A stretch of DNA of 64,000 nt from Pirellulales bacterium (GCA_963820835.1 CAWGBP010000036.1:32046-96045); one strand, 5' to 3'. Positions 20,097 through 30,794 are shown, counted from the first letter of the stretch. Numbers and translations are program-made. Notes: generated by a model not told the origin, from the letters alone.

Positions 20097-20753
20097 ATGG
20101 ACGAACAAGAACGCCCCGGTCCGGTCGAAATTGCCTTGGTTGGCGATTTGACCGAAAGCGAAGCTGAAATGACCGACAAGCTGCTGGCGGTTGAGCCAGG
20201 CGGCGAGTGCACTTTGTATTTCGATTCGCCCGGTGGCAGCCCGTATTGCGCCATGTCGCTCACTGCGCTCATTATGTTGCGCGGGTTGCGGGCGACCGGC
20301 ATTGTAACCGGCGAGTGCTCATCGGCCGCGCTGTGGCCGTTTGCCGCGTGCGTGCGGCGGATGGTTACTCCCTATAGCGTGATGCTCTTCCACCCCATGA
20401 AGTGGCAAAGCGAGGAGCATGTGGGCTTGCATGAAGCCGCAGAATGGGCCCGGCATTTTGCACAACTTGAAACCGACATGGACCGCTTCCTGGCCGATCT
20501 CTTCGGTCGCGCGAAATCCGATATTCAAGATTGGATTAAAACTTGTCGCTACGTGACGGGGCCAGAGTTGGGCAAAGCTGGACTGGCGGAGATGATCGAT
20601 TTCAAAATGCTTGAGATGTTCCGTTCGAACATCGTACCGCGTCATCCGACGCTAGTGGCCGTGAAGCACCAGAGCAGCCGCGCAACGCGCAGCGCAATAA
20701 ACGCGTTGCGAAACGGAAGTAGGCGTGAGCCGCCAAGATGCGTGGGCGGCTAG
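20097..20753 (+). CDS. ClpP/S14-like serine peptidase family protein (stand-alone)
   Basis: FDSPGGS, GECSSAALWPF (Ser position) and VMLFHPMKW (His position) resemble the ClpP fold motifs. There is no clpX next to it. Confidence 0.6.
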   Translation: MDEQERPGPVEIALVGDLTESEAEMTDKLLAVEPGGECTLYFDSPGGSPYCAMSLTALIMLRGLRATGIVTGECSSAALWPFAACVRRMVTPYSVMLFHPMKWQSEEHVGLHEAAEWARHFAQLETDMDRFLADLFGRAKSDIQDWIKTCRYVTGPELGKAGLAEMIDFKMLEMFRSNIVPRHPTLVAVKHQSSRATRSAINALRNGSRREPPRCVGG

Positions 20754-22606
20754 AATTCGAGCTTGCGGAAGGCGCGGAGGCCGACTCGCAGGGGCCAAAT
20801 GGTGGCAACGATGCCAATTAGGAGCGTTACCATTGTGCCGGCGGCCACGCCCGCTTTGCTGCCGAGAAACGCATACACGCTTTCAGAGATCGGCAGCGTG
20901 AGCTCTTGCTGGGACGCGATCATCAAATGCACGGGCAGTGCGGTGAGCAGCACGACCACTACGATAAATGCGGCGCTGATCACTAGGTTGAGCGTGCCGC
21001 CGAAGCCGGCGGCAATTTTCGACGGCGAGTGTTCACTCAGGTCGGGCAATTTCGCCCCAAGACCCACGGCGATCGCCGAAAGGCCGATACAAAGTACGGC
21101 GCACGAGAGCTGATGCATGAGAATGATCGGCCAGGGAATTTGCAGCATCAGATCGCTGAGCAATATGAGCAGCGTACACGGCAGCAGCGAGCCGATCGCG
21201 GCAAAGAGGAACTTAGACCAGATAATCAAATCGCGGTTAATTGGTAGCAGGCCAAGAATCCAAAGTTGGCGGCCTTCCAAACTGATCATGGGAAAGATGA
21301 AGCGCGTGGTGAAGGTGGAAAGAATCAGGCCGACCACCGCCAAATTGAGGAAGCCGATGGTTGTGGAATAGGTGGCGTTATAACTGAACCGGCGAATATT
21401 GAGGAAATAGAGGGCAAGCAGTCCGAAGAAGATGAGAAATTGCGACCACTGCACAGGATCGCGCCGGAAGAGGCGAAAATCTTTGACCAACAGCAATCGC
21501 ACAGTGCGCGGCACCAATGGCAAATGGCCGCTGATGATGGCGTCGATCCACCATGTGGTGGTGCGGCGATAGACGGTTTGTTCGTGAAAAAGCTGGCAAT
21601 AGCTGACGCGGTAGATTTTGCTTGCCAGCCACATGGCAACTTGGGAGAGGAACAAAGCGTTCGAAATCAAGAGCGCCAAAAACAGAAGGCTTTGGGCCCA
21701 GGGCTGATCGCCGGGTTGCGCCGTCAGCGAATTGTGCGAGGCTTCGAGTAGCCCAGCGCACAGCCACCAACTAGGTAATAGCCGCTGCTGGGTAAACCGC
21801 AGTCGGGAAAACATCTCTTGGAACCATTGTTTTTCCATGAGATTGTTTTCGGTTTTGGAAAATGTGGACCAGCAAATCCAAACAATCGCCAGTACCATGA
21901 GCACAATAGCGCCTACGAACAAATAGGCGCGGATCTTCGGCAGTCGATTTACGACGAGCAGGCAGAGGATGCCACCAAGGGCCGCAGGAATGTGAACGAA
22001 TGCAATCACAAACGGCAGCAGCAGAGCGAAATAGTACCAAGGTGCGCCTGACGATACGCCATAGGCCACCAGCGTGGGGCTACCCAAAAGTAAAAAGCCC
22101 CAACTACTGAACCATACGGCTTCTTGAAACTTGTAAGCAAATATTCGTTCGGGGCGGGCGGGAGTGGTGAGTAAAAATACGGCTTCGGGGGATGAAAACA
22201 GCGAATTGTGAATGATGATGCCGGCCGAAAAGATGAGCATGACCATCAAGGCCAAGAAAAACGTGTTGAACAGCGGCGGGACGATATCGGTGCTCATTCC
22301 GGGGCCGGAGAGAAAAGCAAAACCGTTGTAAAACAGAAAGTAGAGACCGACCCAGAAAAAAATACAAAGGCATACGACCAAGGAAATGCGCAAGCGGGCA
22401 GTCGTGAGCGAACGGCGCACGGTGGCCTTGGCAGTTTGCACGCGCAGATGCCAGAACACCTGCGATTCGCGCTGATTGGAAAGCAGGCCGCCGACAGGCG
22501 CGATGAAATCGTTGGCGGGAGTTGTCATGTGAACGAGAGTGAGATTCTTCGATATTCGGTTGGCGGCGGCGTGACAGCTTGATACGGCTATGGCCGAGTT
22601 TTTCAA
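20750..22606 (-). CDS. large polytopic ABC exporter permease
   Basis: About 12 or more hydrophobic helices, immediately downstream of the ABC ATPase. The listed start is TTG overlapping the ATPase stop (TTGA). An alternative ATG is at 22528. Confidence 0.75.
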   Translation of the reverse strand: MKNSAIAVSSCHAAANRISKNLTLVHMTTPANDFIAPVGGLLSNQRESQVFWHLRVQTAKATVRRSLTTARLRISLVVCLCIFFWVGLYFLFYNGFAFLSGPGMSTDIVPPLFNTFFLALMVMLIFSAGIIIHNSLFSSPEAVFLLTTPARPERIFAYKFQEAVWFSSWGFLLLGSPTLVAYGVSSGAPWYYFALLLPFVIAFVHIPAALGGILCLLVVNRLPKIRAYLFVGAIVLMVLAIVWICWSTFSKTENNLMEKQWFQEMFSRLRFTQQRLLPSWWLCAGLLEASHNSLTAQPGDQPWAQSLLFLALLISNALFLSQVAMWLASKIYRVSYCQLFHEQTVYRRTTTWWIDAIISGHLPLVPRTVRLLLVKDFRLFRRDPVQWSQFLIFFGLLALYFLNIRRFSYNATYSTTIGFLNLAVVGLILSTFTTRFIFPMISLEGRQLWILGLLPINRDLIIWSKFLFAAIGSLLPCTLLILLSDLMLQIPWPIILMHQLSCAVLCIGLSAIAVGLGAKLPDLSEHSPSKIAAGFGGTLNLVISAAFIVVVVLLTALPVHLMIASQQELTLPISESVYAFLGSKAGVAAGTMVTLLIGIVATIWPLRVGLRAFRKLEF

Positions 22607-23355
22607 AACGATTCGCGTACCGCTTCTTCTTCGGCCGATGCGGTCAGGTCAAGATACATTCGTTCGAGGCTTGTGTTGGTTTGGGCGAGCTGGCTGCGCA
22701 GTTCGGCAAGGGTGCCGAGGAATCGGAGTTGACCGCGGTGGACGATTCCGATGCGGTCGGCAATTTCTTCGGCGAGCCCCAATGTATGTGTGGACATGAA
22801 GATTACCATACCAGCGTCGGCGCGCTGGCGAAGAATATCTTTCACCAGCCGCATGCTGCGCGGGTCGAGCCCGACCATCGGCTCGTCGAGCACCAGCACC
22901 GCCGGATCGTGCAACAATGCCGCCGCCAGCACGATGCGTTGCTTCATGCCATGCGAGTACGTTTCGGTCAATTGATCGATGAATTCGGCCAAGCCGAAAT
23001 TAGAGATTTCTCTAGCGATGCGCGTAGCCGATTCTTCGCGGTTTAAGCCGTAGAGATCAGCGATAAACTGTAGAAATTCGCGTCCGGAAAGCTTCTCGTA
23101 TAGATACGGCTGGTCAGGCACATAGCCCAGGCAGCCATTGGCTTGCCGCGTTTCCTTCACCACATCGTACCCGCAGATGCGCAGCGTGCCGACCGTGGGG
23201 CGCAGCAAGCCGACCAGCATTTTGATGCTGGTGGTTTTGCCGGCGCCGTTAGGTCCTAAGAGGGCGAATAATTCTCCCGGCCGAATGGTAAGTGTGAGCC
23301 GATCGACCGCGACTTTTTGGCCGTAGTTCTTTGAAACCTGGTTGAATTCGATCAT
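22603..23355 (-). CDS. ABC transporter ATP-binding protein
   Basis: Walker A GPNGAGKTT, signature LSGREF.../YSHGMKQRIVLAAAL, Walker B VLVLDEP, H-loop MSTH. Confidence 0.93.
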   Translation of the reverse strand: MIEFNQVSKNYGQKVAVDRLTLTIRPGELFALLGPNGAGKTTSIKMLVGLLRPTVGTLRICGYDVVKETRQANGCLGYVPDQPYLYEKLSGREFLQFIADLYGLNREESATRIAREISNFGLAEFIDQLTETYSHGMKQRIVLAAALLHDPAVLVLDEPMVGLDPRSMRLVKDILRQRADAGMVIFMSTHTLGLAEEIADRIGIVHRGQLRFLGTLAELRSQLAQTNTSLERMYLDLTASAEEEAVRESF

Positions 23356-23454
23356 GGGCGGGGGAGGACGTTTGGGGTCTCGTGGTCTTGGTGTCTAGGT
23401 GCGCGGTTTGTGATATGCAGATTCCTAGACACTCAGACACATAGACGCCAATGC

Positions 23455-24459
23455 TCACTTCTTGTCTTTTGACGGAGGTGCGAGAATTTCGTTGGGAATT
23501 CGATTGCTCCAGCGATTCCACCAACGATGCTCGCGGCTTTGGCGTTCGATTTCCTCGGCATTTTGTGCAGCCAACTCGGCCGATCGCTCGTTCGACATGC
23601 GATTGAATACCAGCTTAGAACCTAGCACGTTAATTTCTTGCCGCAGCACGGCGCCATCGTCGGCAACCCACAGCTTCGCCCGTGGGTCCTGAGTGGACGA
23701 GCCTGCCGATCCGGAATCGGTACGATAGACGATTTTTTTAACCGATGTCATGTGGTCGCCCCAGACGAGCGGATCGCTTTCCTCGACCCGAGCCTGCAAA
23801 ATTTCAACTGGATTGTTCGGCGGGCGAAGCGGGCTAAAGACGGGAACCGTCCACTCTTGGCCAATGTGCAAGCCGGTCATCTGCGATTGCGGAGAAAGCT
23901 CGCTTGTCACCAGCGCATCGGACGGCAAGAAAGGATCGAACTCTTCATGAAATTGTCCGGCCTCGACCACAATGTGCAATCGGGAAGCTTGTACATCACC
24001 GTGAATACGAATTGCCTCGCGCAGCCCTCCCAGCCGCAGCGATGAGTTAAACGAATTCAAGCGGCCCAGCGAATTGATGGTGAGCTTGCTGTCGGCATCC
24101 ATCGGTACGTCGCCATTGGCGTCGCCAAAGCCCCACAGATCTTTCATCCATGCGGGCGATAATTCGGCCAGTGGAATGCGGTCGAAGTGAATGTGCCCTT
24201 CAAGATTCGTAATATGGTCGCTGCTGTTTACGCCACCTAACGAGCGGGTGAGCCGATTAATAGCCCAGCCCAGCGGTTTGCCCCCCAGCGACATTTCCCA
24301 ACCAACGGGAGCGTCATCCTTGGGGTTGTCAGTATAAAGGGAGCGATAGTCGGGAGGGTCGCCACGGCGAAGTGGCGGCAGCACCTTCGACTCGATCAGC
24401 CAAGTCATGGTCGAAAGCCAAAACAGCGTAATGACAGGGGTGATCCAGCGGCTATCCAT
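23455..24459 (-). CDS. hypothetical membrane-anchored protein (334 aa)
   Basis: N-terminal TM segment WITPVITLFWLSTMTWLI, then a soluble region with no recognisable motif. It lies between the A2M and ABC genes on the same strand. Confidence 0.6.
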   Translation of the reverse strand: MDSRWITPVITLFWLSTMTWLIESKVLPPLRRGDPPDYRSLYTDNPKDDAPVGWEMSLGGKPLGWAINRLTRSLGGVNSSDHITNLEGHIHFDRIPLAELSPAWMKDLWGFGDANGDVPMDADSKLTINSLGRLNSFNSSLRLGGLREAIRIHGDVQASRLHIVVEAGQFHEEFDPFLPSDALVTSELSPQSQMTGLHIGQEWTVPVFSPLRPPNNPVEILQARVEESDPLVWGDHMTSVKKIVYRTDSGSAGSSTQDPRAKLWVADDGAVLRQEINVLGSKLVFNRMSNERSAELAAQNAEEIERQSREHRWWNRWSNRIPNEILAPPSKDKK

Positions 24460-24659
24460 AATGAAGTCCGATGAGATCGGTGGGGATACGGTATGCTCTG
24501 CCAGCCACTCGGCGATTGCCAGAGCTGTATCTTATCCCAGATTGAACCTCACGGCGAGGAAATTGTTCCTTGGGCAAGATGGGGCGGCGGGAGAAGAGGC
24601 CGAATTGGCGCGCGATGCGTATAGATCGGGCCGGATTTAGCCTGCCGACACCTCGAAGC

Positions 24660-27600
24660 TCAGTCCCTGACCTTTAGCTTCATTTCGTCGCTGTTGCCTT
24701 TGAGTTCCGGGGCGTACATGCCGCTGGCGACCGTCGGCAGGGCGCTAAACTGGCCGGGAACTTCTGCTCGCAGGCGGTAGCTGACAGAATGCTTGCCGCG
24801 CGCGAGCGAGCGCACGAAGAAGGTGACTTTGTTATCGCGAAGCTCCATATACGCCCCGAGCGAATTGCCGTTATAGCCGCTTTGCAACTCGACGGGTTCG
24901 AAGCCGGCGGCCTTCATGTCTTCGAACATGATGTATTCGTAATCGTTTTTACTGTCGATTTCGAGTTCTACCTCCACCAGGTCGCCGCTTTTGAGAGTTG
25001 CCAAATTAGAAAGCGCTTTGCGCTGGTATTTCTCGACCTTTTGATCGACCGCTTGCCCGTGGCTGCCGGACGCCTTGATCGTTTGATCGACCGGCATGAG
25101 CTTATAGAACTTTCGCTGTACCTTGATTTCCAAACCTGCGGCGGTGATCGGGTCTTCGAGCGTAAAGTTCGTCAGGTAGGCGTTGTAATAAAGCGGCCCC
25201 GTGCCCGACTTGCGAAGTTCAAGCTGGTGCGCCCCGACCGCGACCGCACTGCCTTCGAGCACGAATTTGTTGTCGAACGTGAATAGATCGGCAGCGGTAA
25301 TTTTCACTTCCTTTTGTTTTTTGCCGTCGAGCCACACTTCGACGGTGAGATCGGGCTTATCTTCGCCACTGGCGCGCAAGTAATCCGCCAAGCTTTCGAT
25401 GGCCAAAGCCGTGTCGCGCGTGCTGTTCCAATAAGTGGCGTGCCGGCGGTTGTTGAGCAAGTATTTCACCAGTCGCGAAGCGAGCCGTCCCTTGGGGTCG
25501 GTTTTAGAGAGCAGCTTCAAATAATAAGCATTAGCTTCGGTTTCGCTGCCGTACCAGCACCACCAGTAGTTATCGGCCGGCAGTTTTAAGTACGCGGTTT
25601 GATTCTCTTCATCTTCGACCACGAATTGCCGCAGATTCTGCAAAATCATGTCGAGCTGTTCTTTTTGATTCTGCTTCGCTAGCGTCAGGCCTAGCATGGC
25701 TTTGCTATAGACAGCTAGTTTCGTGCGATCGCGGAAAAGAAAGTCGCGCATGTCGTCGTTGGCAACTCCGGCGTCGACCAGCACCATGTAAACGAGTGCA
25801 TCGAGATTATCGGTTTCGGTCTTGTACGGCTCGGTCGGCTTTGGCTTGGCGGTGGCGTTTTTGAGCATTTGTACTTGGCGCGCCTGATAATCTTTGAGCC
25901 ACTGCGTGCCGCGATCGAGCACGCCGGGCACGAGCGCTACGTCGTTGGCCTGCGCGATTTGCAAGCCGTGAACTACCGTGGCCGTTGTGTGCGCGTAGCT
26001 CTGTTCGTCCGATCCGCTGAACCAGCCCCATCCGCCATCGGCAAGTTGCATATCGGTCAGGCGCTGGACGCCATCTTTGACCATGCGTGTGACTTCGTCT
26101 TGATCGAACACAGGATTGCGATCGAACTGCTTCCAGCCGGCGGCTCGTTTTTGGTCGTCGCCAAGCTCCTGAGCGTTCAGATTGGTCCGCTTCTCTTGGA
26201 TTTTCTTGAGGTCCAAACCCATATTGATGAGCACTTTTTGCGTAATGACGGTGGGCAAGAAGCGATTCAGCGTCTGCTCGGTGCAGCCGTAGGGATAATC
26301 GGCCAAATATGGCAGCGCATCGACCATCGCTCCGGCCAGCGTGGGGCTATAGCGCACTTCGAGCCGCGATTGATCGGCACGGCGCTCGACGGGAACTTTG
26401 AACGAGATTTTGCTAATGGATTCGTCGGATCGCAGCGCACCGGCGAAACTCTCCGTTTTGAGCATGCCATGGACATAGACGGGGAATTTTTGCTCCATGG
26501 CGTCGGATTCTTCATCGGTGAGGGCCTTCATTCGAACTGTGGCGGTGCCTTCGCGGGCCACTTTTACGCGCCAATCGACGCGCGCTTCGCCGCCGCTAGG
26601 CACTTCGATTTGGCGGCGCATTTCGTCGGTGGGGGTGAGACAGTTGCCATCGAGTTCGAGTGCTACAGTCACCGTCTTGGCTGTCTTCAAATAATTGTGC
26701 ACGTTGGCCGAGATAACCACTTCGTCTTTCTCGACGAAGAATCGCGGGCCTTCGAGGCGCACGATAAGATTCTTACGAGTGACGACTTCGGCTGCGCCTT
26801 CGCCAACTTTCGTGCCGTGCCCCATGCCCCAGATGCGCACTTTCCAGGTAGTTAGATTTTCAGGCATGGTGAGCGATACCTGCGCGGTGCCATCGTCGTT
26901 GGTGGTGAGCGAGCCGACCCAGAGCGCGGTATCGGCGAAATTGGTACGGACGGTGGGTTCGACGGCCGCGCCGGCTCCGCCATTCATATTGAGCGCCGCG
27001 TTAGAGGGTAGTTCCGGAGGTGCACTGGGCATTGCCATTGCGGATCCGGCAGGCGCGGCAGTCATTGGAGCGGGGCCGAATTTAGCGCCCTCCATTGCGC
27101 TGTTCCGCGTGCGCACAAGTGTCTCCTCGGTAAGATCGTCCGGCTCAACATGGCCGAATACGCCAATATCTTCCATCAGCGGCTTACCCGCCGCGACGAG
27201 GTTTCCAAACATCTGCATCAAGTTGGTCTCGCCGCTGGTGTAGTGTGATCGCTGCCATTTCCAAAAGAATTGTTTAATGTCTTCCACATTGCTGCCGCCG
27301 GAAATGTAGTCGAGCGATTTATCATAAATGGCCACGACTGTCGAACCGCTGAATGGCTTGCCGTCGCTGTCGGTCAGCTTTAGGTTCACGGTGGCCTTCT
27401 GGCCCGGCTTATAGGTTTCGCTCGAGGGATCGACCGCCACATTGAGCACGCGCTTTTCTGGCGGCACAACGATTTGCTTGACCTCGCTGTACAATTTGCC
27501 CCCGGCCACTGTGACGGCCTCGACGAAGAAGTTGGGCATATCTTTCTTGACCACCGCAATTTCCTCGACCGCCGATTTGCCTTTGAGGCGCAATATCTTG

Positions 27601-30600
27601 GGCTTGAGGTAAATTCCATTGGCCGGGCGCACAAAGAGCAGCACCGTGCTATTGGTCCGATTGGTGTTGACCATCAAGTTGACCGACTGATCGGAATGGT
27701 ATTCAGGCTGGTCGGCAATCAGTTCCAAATCGTTGAAGCGAAACTGGCTACCATCGAAGCCTGCACCCACAATCGAGAATAAGTAGCCACCCTCGATTTT
27801 GTGTTGTTTTTCATCGGTCAGTTCGTAGGACAGACGATACTGTCCTGGCTCGGAAGCCTTGAGTTGCAATTCGGCGTGACCATTGGCGTCGGGGTTGAGC
27901 GGCCAAGTGCGCACTTCCGTTTCAATCGGTTTGGCGTCAGTGCCCGGTTTGTCTGAATTCTTGTAAGTAATTTTGTAAAGATGCGCTATACCGTCGCCGC
28001 GCACCGGCTTTTGGTCAATCGTTTGCGCTTGAAATTGAGCGCGAATCGAATCGCCTACGTGGAAATATCCGCGATCGACCCATGCATACACCTTGAACGG
28101 CTTACGGGCAACAAGCACCTTTCCCTGGCCGACGATAGTGCGTCGCGACTGGTCGGTCACTTCGGCCGTAATCGAGTATTGGTGATCGTGATCGGGATGA
28201 ATGAGCTTGGCCACCGATGTGTCGATTTCGACCGTGATCGTGCCGTCGGCGCCGATGGGCGCTTCGGCCTCGGCCACAACTTCCGGCGGCTGCTGCGGGC
28301 CCAAGCCCCACCACGGCGCAGCGGGCCGGCGGCAACCCCATTCGAGCCAACGGGGGTACCAGGAGTAATCGCACGCAAACCACCAATAGCCCGGACCGTA
28401 GAGCCAATCCCAGGGGCCCAGCGGGTACCAATCGCCGCTGTAGTTGGTGCGCAGAATTTTGTATTTCACCTTGGCGTTGGTGACGGGGGAACCGAAATAG
28501 TATTTCGCCTTAATCGTCGCTTGTATTTTGTCACCAAGCATGACCGGTTCGCTTGGTGCTTCGACAGTCACCTCGAATTCTGGCTTCTTGTATTCCTCGA
28601 CGCGGAAGCTGCCGCCCCCTTGATTCACCACGAACAGCTGATAAACGCCAAGCGTGGCGTCGGCCGGCAATTCGAACTGGCCATTGATGCCGCCATAGGC
28701 ATCGGTCGTGAACGACTTACCGAGAACTTTGTCGCCTTTAGGATTTTGAATTTCGACCGTAAATGCCTGATTTGCGAAATCGGATTTTTCGTCTTGATCG
28801 TACTGCGCGTGACGGACCCAAAATTTGAAATCGACCTTTTGGCCAGGTCGATAGACTGGCCGGTCGGTGATGGTATAGACCTTCGTTTCGTCGTATTGCG
28901 AGTCGTAGTATTCGCCGCTCCAGACATTCGTGAAGCCGAGATAGGCCAGCCGGCCCTGCGGCGTGGTGGCCGTGATAATCCATTGAAATTCGTTATCGTG
29001 TTCTTTTGAGCCGGCGACGAGTTGACCGTCTGCCTCCGTCGCTTCGGCAAAATCTTGCACATCGACGGTAAAGCGATTCGTGCCGACTGAACGCGAGCGA
29101 TAGCCAAAGAATTCGACGTTGGCTTTGGCCACCGGCGCCCCAGTGTCCGCATCGGCCACATAGTAGTACACGCCCTTGGAGAGCGGCTTTTTCACAATCG
29201 CTGTATCATTAAGCCAAAGGATGATGCGGCTGGTATTGCCATCGGCCATTTTCGCGGAGAGCAGGTATGCGCCGGCTTTTTGCAACGGAGTCGTGACCGC
29301 GATGCGCTTATCGAAGTGCTTTTCGCGAGGCTCAAGATCCAAGCTCCATTGGGCGACACGATCGCCGAGATATTGTGTCTCATTCTCCTGCACCAGCCGG
29401 TAGCCGATGTCGGCGATGTTGATTTTTTGCCAATCGATCTTCTGCGGGTTCGACTTCAAATAAGCTTTCACATCGTCGAGCAATTTGGCGGTTTTGATTT
29501 CGTGCGCTTCGAAGCTCACCTTGTGGCCATTGCGAAAGCGAAAATCGACAGTCGCCCCTTGTCCAGCGGCTTGCGCTATAACCGGCTCGAAGCGGCCCCA
29601 GTTGCCGACGATCTCGTCGATGCGATGCTTCTTATTGTCGTGGTCCCCCGGGCCGTATTCTTTAATGCTCTGGCGCCAATAGTCGGCCGCCTGATCGTAT
29701 TGGCGGCGGTTTTCGTAAATTTGCGCAAGTTGCTGCAGGGCGTCTTCGCCGTGGCCTGTTTTTGGCTCGTCGGCAATTTTGCGATAGATGGCGATAAAGT
29801 CGAACTCTTCGGGCAATTTGAACCGCTTGATGCCACCGGCCAGCCGCGCGATTGTTTCGTCGTCCCCCAGCGAATCGAGCGCCCAGATCCCCGATTCGTC
29901 TTTTTTGGCGTCGTCAGCGTCGGAGTTGCTAAAAAAACTACCGAAGTAAGCCATCGTTTGCACGCCGAATTGGTTTTGCAGAAAATCGGCGAATTGAAAG
30001 CGCACTTCGTTTAAGCGCGATGGGTCGTTTTCCGGCACTTGCGCCAATGCCCAGCGCCACCGCTCGCCGTCAGTCTGTGCAGTAGCCCAGCTTTTGGGCA
30101 AGTGATGGAACACGGGGTTACCATCGGCGTCCACCGGCGCTCCGCCAGCCCCGTTGTCTTGGTACCAGCCTTTTTCATAGTCGGGCAGTTGGCCAAGATC
30201 GGTCAGATATTGCAGCCGCCAGGCTTCGCCATAGCCACGGTCCGCCATGAGCATTTTTGATAGGTTCATCCAGAAGTTCGCGACGTCGCTTTTTTGCGGT
30301 TCGTTCGCCACGAGCGGGATTGCCTGCGTCATGAGTTGCAACGCACGCACGCGATCGCGCTCCATCGAGTTCACAGCATCTCCTTCGCCACGATGGGGAC
30401 CGCGAGAAAACTTGCCAGCGATAATGAATCCGTAGTGATCGTAGTGCAGGTAGCTTTCCGCCGCGGCCATTAACAGCCGCCAATTCCTAGCGTCGATTTG
30501 CGCCACATTTTCGCGCAGTTGGTCGATTTCATCCAAGCGGCCGAGTTGTTGGAGCGCCTGGAGCGCCATGTCGAGATCGCTGCCCACCCGTAGCGGGTCG

Positions 30601-30794
30601 TCTTTGGGATCGAGCGCCAACTGGCGAAAGCCGTCGTAGGCGTCTTTGTAGTTGCCATCGCTGGCGAGCTTATGGAGCTTTTCGCGCTGAGTTTCTTGTG
30701 AATTGTCGGCGTGGGCGGCAGGAATCACGATCGCAGCGATAGCTATCGCGATGATTACGGAAAGAGCCGCCGAAATGCGATTCGTCAATTTCAT
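24660..30794 (-). CDS. alpha-2-macroglobulin family protein with an intact thioester motif (~2044 aa)
   Basis: Signal peptide MKLTNRISAALSVIIAIAIAAIVIPAAHA (ATG at 30794). The thioester motif YPYGCTEQTLNRF has CTEQ encoded at 26274-26285. It also has MG-domain repeats, a TED region (LADGGWGWF) and a C-terminal receptor-binding-like domain. Confidence 0.92.
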   Translation of the reverse strand: MKLTNRISAALSVIIAIAIAAIVIPAAHADNSQETQREKLHKLASDGNYKDAYDGFRQLALDPKDDPLRVGSDLDMALQALQQLGRLDEIDQLRENVAQIDARNWRLLMAAAESYLHYDHYGFIIAGKFSRGPHRGEGDAVNSMERDRVRALQLMTQAIPLVANEPQKSDVANFWMNLSKMLMADRGYGEAWRLQYLTDLGQLPDYEKGWYQDNGAGGAPVDADGNPVFHHLPKSWATAQTDGERWRWALAQVPENDPSRLNEVRFQFADFLQNQFGVQTMAYFGSFFSNSDADDAKKDESGIWALDSLGDDETIARLAGGIKRFKLPEEFDFIAIYRKIADEPKTGHGEDALQQLAQIYENRRQYDQAADYWRQSIKEYGPGDHDNKKHRIDEIVGNWGRFEPVIAQAAGQGATVDFRFRNGHKVSFEAHEIKTAKLLDDVKAYLKSNPQKIDWQKINIADIGYRLVQENETQYLGDRVAQWSLDLEPREKHFDKRIAVTTPLQKAGAYLLSAKMADGNTSRIILWLNDTAIVKKPLSKGVYYYVADADTGAPVAKANVEFFGYRSRSVGTNRFTVDVQDFAEATEADGQLVAGSKEHDNEFQWIITATTPQGRLAYLGFTNVWSGEYYDSQYDETKVYTITDRPVYRPGQKVDFKFWVRHAQYDQDEKSDFANQAFTVEIQNPKGDKVLGKSFTTDAYGGINGQFELPADATLGVYQLFVVNQGGGSFRVEEYKKPEFEVTVEAPSEPVMLGDKIQATIKAKYYFGSPVTNAKVKYKILRTNYSGDWYPLGPWDWLYGPGYWWFACDYSWYPRWLEWGCRRPAAPWWGLGPQQPPEVVAEAEAPIGADGTITVEIDTSVAKLIHPDHDHQYSITAEVTDQSRRTIVGQGKVLVARKPFKVYAWVDRGYFHVGDSIRAQFQAQTIDQKPVRGDGIAHLYKITYKNSDKPGTDAKPIETEVRTWPLNPDANGHAELQLKASEPGQYRLSYELTDEKQHKIEGGYLFSIVGAGFDGSQFRFNDLELIADQPEYHSDQSVNLMVNTNRTNSTVLLFVRPANGIYLKPKILRLKGKSAVEEIAVVKKDMPNFFVEAVTVAGGKLYSEVKQIVVPPEKRVLNVAVDPSSETYKPGQKATVNLKLTDSDGKPFSGSTVVAIYDKSLDYISGGSNVEDIKQFFWKWQRSHYTSGETNLMQMFGNLVAAGKPLMEDIGVFGHVEPDDLTEETLVRTRNSAMEGAKFGPAPMTAAPAGSAMAMPSAPPELPSNAALNMNGGAGAAVEPTVRTNFADTALWVGSLTTNDDGTAQVSLTMPENLTTWKVRIWGMGHGTKVGEGAAEVVTRKNLIVRLEGPRFFVEKDEVVISANVHNYLKTAKTVTVALELDGNCLTPTDEMRRQIEVPSGGEARVDWRVKVAREGTATVRMKALTDEESDAMEQKFPVYVHGMLKTESFAGALRSDESISKISFKVPVERRADQSRLEVRYSPTLAGAMVDALPYLADYPYGCTEQTLNRFLPTVITQKVLINMGLDLKKIQEKRTNLNAQELGDDQKRAAGWKQFDRNPVFDQDEVTRMVKDGVQRLTDMQLADGGWGWFSGSDEQSYAHTTATVVHGLQIAQANDVALVPGVLDRGTQWLKDYQARQVQMLKNATAKPKPTEPYKTETDNLDALVYMVLVDAGVANDDMRDFLFRDRTKLAVYSKAMLGLTLAKQNQKEQLDMILQNLRQFVVEDEENQTAYLKLPADNYWWCWYGSETEANAYYLKLLSKTDPKGRLASRLVKYLLNNRRHATYWNSTRDTALAIESLADYLRASGEDKPDLTVEVWLDGKKQKEVKITAADLFTFDNKFVLEGSAVAVGAHQLELRKSGTGPLYYNAYLTNFTLEDPITAAGLEIKVQRKFYKLMPVDQTIKASGSHGQAVDQKVEKYQRKALSNLATLKSGDLVEVELEIDSKNDYEYIMFEDMKAAGFEPVELQSGYNGNSLGAYMELRDNKVTFFVRSLARGKHSVSYRLRAEVPGQFSALPTVASGMYAPELKGNSDEMKLKVRD

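Noticed and set aside
25869-30014. Several 240-340-aa plus-strand ORFs (25869-26855, 27981-29009, 29280-30014) inside the A2M gene
   Set aside because: All are antisense to a 6.1-kb uninterrupted ORF with MG domains and a thioester motif. Their sequences are Arg/Gly/Phe-rich with no recognisable domains.
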